Part shown: piece after piece, positions 1 through 10,900 of the stretch
How the letters are laid out: each line of letters begins with the position of its first letter
Numbering within the stretch: position 1 is the first letter of the stretch
Source: Salpingoeca rosetta
Lineage: Eukaryota > Protista > Choanoflagellata
Direction: 5' to 3'
DNA: 64,000 nucleotides
Assembly: GCA_033442325.1 (NCBI GenBank)
Contig: JAWQFM010000002.1
Span: forward strand, 1,534,076 to 1,598,075
Made by a program: the position numbers and the translations under genes
The notes under the pieces: model-generated
What the model saw: only the letters and a program-made list of their open reading frames with translations
What the model was told of the DNA's origin: nothing
Database searches by the model: none

Positions 1-215
1 GATGTGCCGCAATGGGCATGCGTGTGAGGAGGGGGCGAACATGTGTGTGTGTGTGTGAGTGTGAATGCATACGCAGATTGACATGCACAGAACAAACAGG
101 TACAAATACACAACCATAGACGAAGGAAGACACACACGCACATAACACACACACACACACATAACACACACATAAAACACACATAACACACACACACACA
201 CACACACACACTGAC

Positions 216-749
216 CTGGGCGGTCTGTGCCGACGCGGTGGTTTGAGATGAAGTGTTGGATATCACCGCTGACGTCGCAGCGCTCAAGACTCTGGCGCAT
301 CGCCTCCAGACGCTGTTACGCACACGCATGTGGAGGTGAGGCAGCGTAGGGTTGGCGGTACGAAGCAGCGAGTAACAGGCTATGCCAAGCACACACAGAG
401 AAAGACAGACAGACAGACACAGGCACAGACACAGGCACAGACACGAAACCACAGGCACACAGGTCAACACACGACAGGGCAACAACACCAGCATGTAGCA
501 AGAACGCACATCGTCATCGGCGACGCATGTGCTGGCGACGAGGTTGGTGAGGATCCAGAGCTTTCGCCGGGTGAGGTCAATTCGCTCCTCCTCCATCTCC
601 TGGAAGTAGTTGCAGCAGGTCTCCTGCTCACGGTATTGGGGGGGGGGGGCGAGGGGAGTGAGCACCAGTTGGGAGCCGCCACAGCGGTGAGCAGAAACAT
701 GGACAGAGAGACCGGGAGCAAGCCAATCGAGCGACCGTCATTTGAACAC

Positions 750-788
<39 letters not shown>

Positions 789-1124
789 CACACACACACA
801 GACAGACAGACAGACACACACACACACGCAGACACACACACAGACACAAGCAGGTGCGATACAGGTGTGATCGCACCATTTTCCTTCTCCCAGATGACGC
901 GGGCGTTTGTCGAGGAGGCGAACTGCCTCGTGGTACGCCGTGTCTGCATTCGCCGCGGCAGCCTGGTGGTAATGGTGATGATGGTTAACTTGATGGATGC
1001 ATTTGATCGAGATTTTGATGTCATNNNNNNNNNNNNNNNNNNNNNNNNNNNNNNNNNNNNNNNNNNNNNNNNNNNNNNNNNNNNNNNNNNNNNNNNNNNN
1101 NNNNNNNNNNNNNNNNNNNNNNNN

Positions 1125-1213
<89 letters not shown>

Positions 1214-2950
1214 TTGCAGGACGGACCTTTGCCTTGCGGGCCTTTGCCTTGAGCTTGTCAATTTCCTTCTGGGGCAGGGCCGCGCTCTTGTTCGCCTCCT
1301 CCTCCGCCCTCTCCGCCTCCCGGCACTTGGACTCGTACAGCTTCTTCGCCTTTTCGTTGTCGTTGAACCGCTTCGCCTGCAGACAGCGTGTGCGCGTGTG
1401 CGTGTGTGTGAGCGTGTGTATGTGTGTGCGAGTGCGTGGATATGTACATATGCATGTGCGTAAGCAAGATAATACAATAAAAAAGGCAACAAGGCGTAGG
1501 TATGATGTGCGCATGATCAGCCAAACAGACAAAACCTTCTCCCTTTCTCCAAAACCACACGACACAATACGACACAACACGACCACAGCCAAACAGCACC
1601 TTGTCCTTCTGCGCCTTCTTCAGCGTCTCCTCAAGTTTCTTCCGCAGCAGCCGTTGCGCCTCGCTGGCGGGGGGGGGTGCAATGCAATACCACAGCACCA
1701 TGCAGGTGCGATCGTTTGTGTGGTGGAAGGGTGAGACAGTGAAGTTGATTAATGTGTGCGGTGGTGGAGGGGGGGGGGGGAGGAAGAATGTGGAGAGGAG
1801 GGGAGGAGTTGACGCATGTTGTAGGCAATGGTGTACGCAATGTTCCCTCAGTGTGAGTTCAGTCAGATATACGCGTGTGCATGACGGGCGGCTTGCACTC
1901 ACCGCAGGTCCTTGATGGGCTTTTCCACTTGAGACAGGATCTGTGCCGCCAAGTTTTGATGCTCCATGCCCATTGCCGTTGTCTCTGTGGTGTGCGGGGG
2001 CACGTAGTGTCCGCAGTCACGACAACAAGCACGCAGGCAAAAGAAACAAGCCTGTCAGCTTCACAGCCCAATCGTACGCAAAGAAGGAGAGACAGAGGCA
2101 CGCAGACAGGCAGGTGGACAGACAGAAGGATCGAGACATGCAAGCACAGACAGACAGACAGACACACATACACAGACAGGCAGACAGACAGACACACATA
2201 CACAGACAGGCAGACAGACAGACAGGCAGACAGACAGATAGACAGACAGACACACACACACACACACGCTATCACATAATCAAATACACACGCGCACCTT
2301 CTTTGACTTTGTCCCAGGTCGTACGGAGGGAGCTGTGGCGATGGGACGAAGGAGGACAAGTGCAACGTGAGGACAGAAGCGGATTGCCAGACCATGTTGT
2401 CGAAGCAGTGGGGACAGGCGCGAAGCAGCAGAAGCCAGACTCACCCGGTCTCGGAGCCGCCTGCCGCGTTCTTGGCGAGCTTGATCAGGTTGCGCGCATA
2501 TGTCTCCTCGATTGCCGCCCGCTCTCTGAGGAACTTGTTCACGTCATCTGTGAATGCCTTTGAGTCTTTCATGCGCTGGTGCAACACGTCGAAGCCCTCC
2601 GTGGACGTGAAGTCGCGCGTCTATCGTTTTGGTGCGCGACACACGAACACACACACAATGTGTGTCGGTGTGAGCACACGAGAAGCCCTTCTTTCATATC
2701 ACAGACAGACAAACAGACAGGCAGACAGACGGACGGACGGACGGGCGGACGGGCGGACGGACGGGTAGACACAGATACACACACAGGCACAGACAGACAT
2801 ACAGATACACACACAGAGATACACATGTACACACGTAGACATGTATACACACGAACACAGACACAGGCACAGGAGAACGGCTGTGGGACGAACAAAGCGC
2901 TGCATTGTCCTTACCCAGAACGAGTTGACAAACTTGGGTTGGGTTGCCAT
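216..2950 (-). CDS. F-BAR domain protein, PSTPIP1/2 / Cdc15-like (3' end runs off window start)
   Basis: Spliced exons give MATQPKFVNSFW|TRDFTSTEGFDVLHQRMKDSKAFTDDVNKFLRERAAIEETYARNLIKLAK...AKKLYESKCREAERAEE...ETCCNYFQEMEEERIDLTRRKLWILTN...RQSLERCDVSGDIQHFISNHRVGTDRP. This matches the FCH/F-BAR pattern of PSTPIP (F..FW..DF...G.dvL..R; ERAAIEE.Y). Exon 962-877 has two apparent 1-nt insertions. Confidence 0.85.
1025..1124. other. Assembly gap (100 N)
   Basis: Run of N within an F-BAR gene intron, next to a (CA)n tract. Confidence 1.
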
Positions 2951-3253
2951 GATTGCTGATAGCTGAAGTGTGTCAGGGTATCAGCCACAAGGACGCACGC
3001 GCGCGAGCGAGACGAGGATTAAATGCACGGGAGCTCGTTGGTTCGATTGCCTGGCTCTTGCCTTCGGTCAGTGTTTCCTTGTTCCAAACAAGACGTGCGA
3101 GTGTGTGCTTCCATGTCAGACAAGATTGCATCAACAAAGCAAGCACATGATGTACGGTATTCACAAAACAACCGGGAACGTCACGCACTTTGCAACCAAC
3201 CACCCTTCCCTCAACTCCTTGCCCTCTCAGGTTGTGTGGGGATGGATGCAAAG

Positions 3254-3291
<38 letters not shown>

Positions 3292-3441
3292 AACAGCAGA
3301 CGGGAGCGAGCGACTTCGCATTCACACACACATCACTGCGTCCACCACCACACCTTCACAAACAAACCAAACACACACCTCCTCTTTTGCAGACACAGGT
3401 TGGAAGTGCACATTTTATGCTGTCGTGCCCCGACACCCAAT

Positions 3442-4484
3442 ATGGATGCGTCTTCACCGCCACAAACTGCGACGGCGTCACGGGTGGTGGTGACGTATGA
3501 GGACGCGTCGCTGTTTGCGTCTGATGTGGCGCTGCTGGAACCCGGACAGTGGCTGAACGACGCCATTTTCACATTCGCGTTTGAGTACTTTCGACACGGG
3601 CATGCCGAGACCAGGGCAAGGAGCAAGAGCGGCGATGTCGTGTTCGTGGATCCCAGCTCCCTGCAGCTGCTCTTCGCCATGGACGCCGCCTCTGCACGTG
3701 TGGCGCTGCTGGAACCGATTGGGGCAGCCCAGGCCAAGGTCCTCGTCATCCCTGTCAACGATGCCGTCAGTGATGCGCGGCAACCAAACGCTGGCACGCA
3801 TTGGGCCCTGCTGGCAGTGGACACGGAGCAGAGCCGTGCCCTTTACCTCGATTCCATGCCTTCGGCCAGCATGCGCGACCAAGTGGTGACGCCACTCCTG
3901 ACCAGGCTGTCAGCGGCGCTCGGCACGCACAAACGCCTCACGCTGCTGCAGCCGCCATTCCCGAGACAGGCAAATAGCTTTGACTGCGGCATGTACGCAT
4001 TGGCAGCAGCCGAGCATGTTGCTGTCACTGGCCTCAATCCTGAACCTTCCTTCGATTTCTTATCACCAGCCTTCATCTCCGAGCTGCGGCAGCGATGGAA
4101 GGTGTGCATGCGTGTCGTGTGCGTGTGTGTACATGTGAGTGTAGTTGTGTATGTGAGTGAGTGAGTGAGTGTAGTTGTGTATGTGAGTGTGCGAGTGAGT
4201 GAGTGAGTGAGTGAGTGAGTGAGTGAGTGAGTGAGTGAGTGAGTGAGTGAGTGAGTGTAGTTGTGTGTGTGTGTAAGTGAGTGAGTGAGTGAGTGTGTGT
4301 GAGTGAGTGAGTGAGTGAGTGAGTGAGTGAGTGAGTGAGTGAGTGAGTGAGTGAGTGAGTGTGGTGTACATGTGAGTGCACGCACTCACACGTGTGTATG
4401 TGTGCGTTCGTTTCGACATCTTGCTTGTGTTGCCCCCAGGCAATCATCACGGAGACAGCTACGCCTGACAACGGACATAGCTGA
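3442..4484 (+). CDS. SENP8: NEDD8-specific protease SENP8/DEN1/NEDP1 (peptidase C48); exons 3442-4101 and 4440-4484
   Basis: VVVTYEDASLFASDVALLEPGQWLNDAIFTFAFEYF, PVND...AGTHWALL (catalytic His), YLDS, QANSFDCGMY (catalytic Cys). A GT-AG intron leads to a short terminal exon AIITETATPDNGHS*. Confidence 0.9.
4153..4360 (+). repeat. (TGAG)n tetranucleotide microsatellite in SENP8 intron
   Basis: Long, lightly interrupted gagtgagtga array. Confidence 0.95.
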
Positions 4485-5144
4485 TATTAGCTCGAATTGG
4501 CTCTGCCCCTTGCTATTGAGCTCCTTTCCTTGTAATGTAACTGACCCTTGCTTGACTGCCGACATGTGTGCATGTGGTGCGCCCACAGACTGCTCTTTTG
4601 CGCGCATGTTAGTGCCCGCTGCAATGTGCCGTGAGTTGCGCTGCAGCGTGCTGATTGATGTTGTGCATGTCATATGCCTTCGCTGGCGAAGAGAGTAGTT
4701 GTACAAACGCTGTCACTTGTGAGGCCGAGTCAAAATACAATACATTGTATGTGTATTTCGTCTGCAGCACTGCCGGACTTGGGCGGAGGTGCTGTGCAAG
4801 TACATCTTGCGATTGGCAACGGCCGAGGCAGGAGCCAAGAGAGAAAGGAGGGGCGAGCAGGAAGGGTCAATACATGCAAGGGGAGCAACAATTAAACGAA
4901 TGAAACTGCTCACACGGCACACAAAGTGCAGGCCAGAACAAGGTGTGGCACAACAAGAGGGGCAACAGGAGCAGAGGGATCAGCGACATACAGAGGGCTA
5001 GAGAGGCACAGAGGAACAGAGGGAACAAAGAGAGAGAGAGAGAGAGAGAACGCGCACTCAGAGACACACACACACACACAGATAGACAGACAGACACACA
5101 GACACATGCACGCACACGCAGACACAAACAGACACACACGCGCG

Positions 5145-5177
<33 letters not shown>

Positions 5178-5333
5178 GCACGCACACACACACATACAGA
5201 AACAGATACACACAGACACACGCACACACACACACAGACAGAAACAGATACACACACAGACACATGCACACACGCAGACACACACAGACACACACAGACA
5301 CACACAGACACACACAAACATGCACACGTGCAG

Positions 5334-5705
5334 TTATCTGTTGGAGCGCAGCATGGCCATGAGGGTGGTGACAAAGACGGCAATGGTCAATAGGTAGACG
5401 GGTGCGAGGATGGCGGTGGTTGGTCCTGAAATGTGGCCGTCCGCATGCAGCGGGAGCACCACGTCCACGGCGATCTTCGCTGCGAGCGCGACGATCCTTA
5501 CGAGCCCGTCCTTCCAGGGCGGTCGTGGCCGCTGGCGCACGTACAGCACGAACAGGATGGCCAGGGACAGGTCTTGGATGTACAAGGGCACGCACACGCC
5601 GATCCAGGAGCCAATCAATCCTTTCTGCGACGCCAACACCGCTGCAACCAGCACCAGCAGCAACTCCACCACCACTGTCGCCAACCCCACCCCTTTGCCC
5701 AGCAT
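5334..5705 (-). CDS. Small multi-pass membrane protein, TMEM203/TMEM60/TMEM185-like (123 aa, single exon)
   Basis: About four hydrophobic segments. [32 protein letters not shown]...[11 protein letters not shown]...ILAPVYLL resembles the SW..VF.P...D and K...E.LL...PL pattern of TMEM203 as recalled. Confidence 0.55.
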   Translation of the reverse strand: MLGKGVGLATVVVELLLVLVAAVLASQKGLIGSWIGVCVPLYIQDLSLAILFVLYVRQRPRPPWKDGLVRIVALAAKIAVDVVLPLHADGHISGPTTAILAPVYLLTIAVFVTTLMAMLRSNR

Positions 5706-5954
5706 CTCTGCAAGTAGCTGGTTGTCCTTGCGAGCTTCACGATCCCCAGCAACAGCCGCGGCAAGAAAAAAGAGGCTGTGTGGTGTTGTCGGCGTTCAAG
5801 CGTCCCTCAGCCTTTGACACGCTCTCCAACTCCTCTGCCTTCCTTTCCTCTCCTTTCGTTCACTCTCCACACACAAAAATCCACACAAGCAGCAAAGCCA
5901 AGAGACACTGTGCGCGCAACACAGGAAAGACAAGAAGAAGAAGGTGGCGTCACG

Positions 5955-7028
5955 ATGACGGACTTGGCTGCAGCTTCCTCCTCCTCCTCTGCCTCTGCGC
6001 GAGGTGTGGTGGACGTTGGGGACGTGGCGTTACAGGAGCAGGTGCAGGCGACGTTTGTGGACACCCTCCAGGCCAGCATCGATCAAGACACAAACCTGTG
6101 AGCACTGTGGTCCATTTGCACTCGAAAGCTTGGTTGCTCGCTGCTTGTTTGCACCTCCACTCTTGTCCATGGGCTCAACTTGCAGCACACGCTTCGTCGC
6201 GCGTTCACCTCAGCCCCTCCCCTCCCCCTCTTCCTCCTCGTCTTTACATAGGGCACCGGTTGTGATCCAGTTTGAGGTGGGCGATAGGGTGTGGCACATT
6301 GACACGCGCAGCGAAAGTACACCACTGGTTTCCGCCACGCGTCATGCCGAGCCAGGTGTGCATGGCAACGCGACAGGATCATGTGTGCATGTGTGCATGT
6401 GTGCATGTGTGCGTGCGTGCGCGTGTGTATATGTGTATGGGCCGTGGTCTGCGTTGCCTGCTACGTGCCCCAAGCCTGTGTGTCACAGCTACATTTGCCA
6501 ACACACATACACACATGCACTTACACTCACTCACACACCCACACCCACAACCACACACACTCACACACTCGCGAACATCCACACGCACACAACAAATACA
6601 CATACGCACGCACACACATATGCATGCGTACACAGACGCCACGCTGCGATGCAACTTTGACACTCTCAAGGCCATCAGCCAAGGAAAGCTCAAGGTCCCT
6701 GTTGCCATCCTTCGCAACCGCATTCAACTCGAAGGCAGTCGCCAGGTGCGAGCACCATGGATGCCTGATGTCATGCACTTCATGGGATACCCTCTGCACT
6801 TTCCTTGCTCGCCCAGCGAGTCTGACAATGCTGCGCACTGCCCTTTGTTCCCCGTGAGGCGTGCTCGTGCACTACCGCTCGTCTCGTCCTCCCTCACATG
6901 ATTGTTGTGCCCCCCCCCCCGTATTGCTGCCACAACAGGTGGTGATGGGTTACGGTCGCCACGTGCGGCAGGCGTTCCAAGCATGCAAGCCCATCGTTAC
7001 TGGCCAAGTGCCGCTCGCTGCACAGCCA

Positions 7029-7059
<31 letters not shown>

Positions 7060-7904
7060 CACAGCAGCAGAGAGTGCGTGCAGGCAGCACGGCGTCACAG
7101 GCGCGCGCCATGCTGGGAATGGATCGCGGGTTTCGCATGGAGCAGTATCTCGCCAAGACTTGGGTATGTGCATCGTGCGATGTCCTCTGTGGTCCTCTGT
7201 GGTGATGTGTGGTCCTCTGTAGTCCTCTGTGGTCCTCTGTGGTGGTCTGTGGCGTGGAACACGAACAGCCGCTATGACACTGTGATGTGTTCAGCATCGA
7301 TCTGTACGCATGCATCTGCTTGTTACATCAAGAGTGCCTCAAGCCTCTGAATACATGCGATCACGTTTTCACACGCACACACACAGTGCCACATTCAAGC
7401 ACGCGTTTGACTCGCTGACGCTCACTTCCGTTCTGTCACTCCCTCCCTCTCCCTTCCATTCTGTCCCTGTCTCCTTGTCCCCCGGCCACATGCACACGCA
7501 GGTGCCCGACGATGAGCGGTCGACGTGCCTGGAGTGCAAGCAGTCGTTTTCGTTCTTCCGCCGCCGCCACCACTGCCGCGTGTGCGGTGAAGTTTTCTGT
7601 GGAGATTGCTCAAACTTTTACATCATGGACTACCGCGTGTGCGGGCCGTGCCAGCAGAAGGTGCTGGAGGCGCAGCGCACCTACCACTCGCTCATCACAG
7701 ACACGCCGTCCCACACGCCGCCACGCTCGCGCTCAACAACAACAACAACAGCACGGCAGCGGGGTTCCCGCCAGACCACCGCCAGCAACGTCACCCCACC
7801 ACGAGCAGCAGCGCCAGGGCAGCACGCGTCATCTGCTCCCCCGTCCTCATCGTCGCTTTCAGCCTCACTCTCTGCACGCCTGCAAGAGGCCCAATCACAG
7901 CAGC

Positions 7905-7935
<31 letters not shown>

Positions 7936-10900
7936 GCAACAACAGCAGCAGCAGCAACAACAGCAACAAGGGCAGCGGCGACGGGGAAGGGCACAGGGGC
8001 GAGCTGCTGGCACAGCTGAAGCGCGTGCACCAGCAGCAGCCACCATGACAGAAGAACAGCCACAGGCCACCTCGTCATCATCATCGTCGTCGTCGTCACA
8101 GCAAGAGGGGCAAGAGAGAAGTGGGCTTGGCCTGCTGGAAGGGAAGCTGTCTGCTCGCATTCGCAGCATGGAGGAGCGACCTGTCGATGCAAAGACGGCA
8201 GTGGAAACAGCGGCCGCAGTGGCCCGTGCACACCTGAATGAAGGCATTCATCGTGATGGTACCGGCAGTGCTGATACACCGTCTGCGTCCTCGTCGCTTC
8301 GCTCCTCACCAACGCCGTCATCATCGTCGTCGTCGTCATGGCTCTCGTGTTCCCTAGTCTCGTTCTTCGTCCTCTCGGTGGGTATCAGTGTATGAGTGTA
8401 TGGGTATGCGTGTGTGTACATGTGCGTGTGTGTGTGTGCATGTGTGCATGAGTGTATGTGTTTGTGCATGTGTTGTGTACTACATACGTTTGAGTGTCGC
8501 ATGCTGGTTGTGATGCTGTACGCGCATGTACACATTTGCAGTGGGGGTATGCGTGTCGCCTCCACCAGCCAACATGCTGACATCGTCCAACTCATGTCAA
8601 CCCAACTCTTCCTTCCGTTTCCGATGCCCCCCACTGTATCTTCCTTTCTTGCCTGCTTGTTAGGTTGGGGTGGTCGCTGGTGTTTTGTCTACCTACGCCA
8701 TCGACATGCCAGCACTTCCGTCCTCCCTGCCATCCCTGCCATCCCTTCCAACGCAGCAAGAAGCGCTGGACATGGCGTCCGAGACCGGACACGCTGTCCT
8801 CAATGCCGCGACCGCTTCTCGCGCATGGCAGTTCATGATGCAATATCCCTTGTACATTGCCGGCACCGCATGCGGGCTGGTGCTCCTGGGCGTGCTGAAC
8901 AGACGCCGCCTTGCTCTCCTTCGTCGCCAGGCCGTGGTCTACTATACATCCACCGTTGTCATCTCCCGCATCCTGCTGCTGAAATACTGGTCAAAGTACT
9001 TTCCAGTCTCCGAGGAAGTGGAGGAGGAGCAGTGGAACCGTCTCCACGAAGCAAACGCACGCCGCGTCCAGGTATGCTTGTGTGTTTGTGCGCGTGTGTT
9101 TGCGCGCGTGTGTTTGTGCGTTCTTGTGTTTGTGCATCAGCGTGTTTGCGTGTGTGTACATGCTCGTGCTGACGTGTTGTGATCCAACTGCGTGCGAATC
9201 CAAACACGTGCTTTCCAGTGGCTGCCTATCTTGCCGCTTTCTCACATCATCATGCTCTCCTCCTCCTCCTCCTCACCACCACCACCTCCTCCTCCTCCTC
9301 CTCACCACCACCACCACCACCACCACCACCACCACCATCAACCAGCTGCTGGCGCGGCGGCTGCGCGGGTTTTGGGTGAAGGTGGGGCAGTACCTGTCCT
9401 CACGCGGCGATGTGATGCCGGAGCCCTGGGTCCGCGAGCTTCGCTCCCTCCAGGTCTTGCAGATGCACACACGCGTGCATGCATGCATGCATGATGCTCG
9501 TGCGAGGTGGCAATGGAGGATTGATAGGTTTTTTTTTGAAGGGGGGGGGGAGGCGAGGGAGCGAGGGTGCAATTGTATGTATGCGTGTGTATGCGTGTGT
9601 ATGTGCATGCGGGTTCTTGATGTACCTGTCATGCGTGCGGATTCCACCTCCTCAACATTGGCTTCAACAGCACCTCGTTTGCATTTCGATCCTTTCATTC
9701 CCATCCGTCGTCACATCACCTCACACCCGTTTCCTTATCATGCCAACACCTCACCCTGCCTCCCCCCTATTCCTGTTTCAACCACCTTCCACCTCTCTTC
9801 CTCTCTTCGACTGCAGGACACGATGCCGTTCCAGCCGTTTGCGGACGTGAAAGCGATTGTGGAGGAGGATCTTGGCCACCCGCTCACAGAGCTCTTCTCC
9901 TCGTTTGAAGAACTCCCAATTGCATCAGCAAGTATCGCGCAGGTGCACATTGCCACACTCAAGCGCAGCAAGCACCAGGTGCGTGCATTTGCCTGCGTAT
10001 GCGTGCGCGTGTGTGTGCCATCGTTGAGGCTTGTGTAGCTGCAGGTGGCTCTGATGAAGGCATGTATCATGTGTTCCTGTCACTCTGTTTCGTTGATGTC
10101 GTGGAGGAGGGGGGGGGGTGTTCAACGCTCATCCACACGTCCACACATCCACACCTGTGTCCTGTCGTGCAGGTGGTGGTGAAAGTGCAGCACAAAAACA
10201 TTGACCGCATCATGAAGCAGGACCTCAAGAATCTCTTTGTCATCGTCTCATGGTGTGGTGCTGTGCGATACTGTGTGTGTCTAAGTGTGCGTATCTGTGT
10301 GTGTCTCTCTGTGTGTGTGTGTGTCCGTGTGTGTGTGTGTGTGTCTGTGTGTTTGTGCGTGTGTGTGTGTGATTACTTGTCACCCTTTTCGACTTGACCC
10401 TTCGGTCTCATCGACCTTCTTCCCCCTCCCCAACCCGAACAAACAGGGTGGCGTATCTTGAGCCGCAGTATGATTTTCGGCCTGTGCTGGAGGAGTGGGC
10501 CAAGGTCGCCATCAAGGAGCTCGACTTCAAACACGAGGCCGCAAACATGCAGCGTGTGCGCAACAATCTCCTCAAAACGCATTTAGATGTCATTGTGCCC
10601 AAACTGGAGGAGGGCCTCTTCTCCAACCGCGTGATTGTGATGGAGTACTGCGAGGGCTTCAAGGTGACGGACACGGATCTTCTTGACGCGCACGACATTG
10701 ACCGCGAATCGCTCATGCGTCGCATCTGCCAAGCATATGCGCACCAAGTGTATGTTGACGGCTTCTTCAACTGCGATCCGCATCCAGGTATGGTCGCCGG
10801 TGCTGTACTGCTGGTCCTGACGGAGGTGTCGTGTGGTATGCAGCGAACACGGCGCTCTTCTGCGTTTTGCACAACGTTGTTTCGTTCGTTGTGCTTGGTT

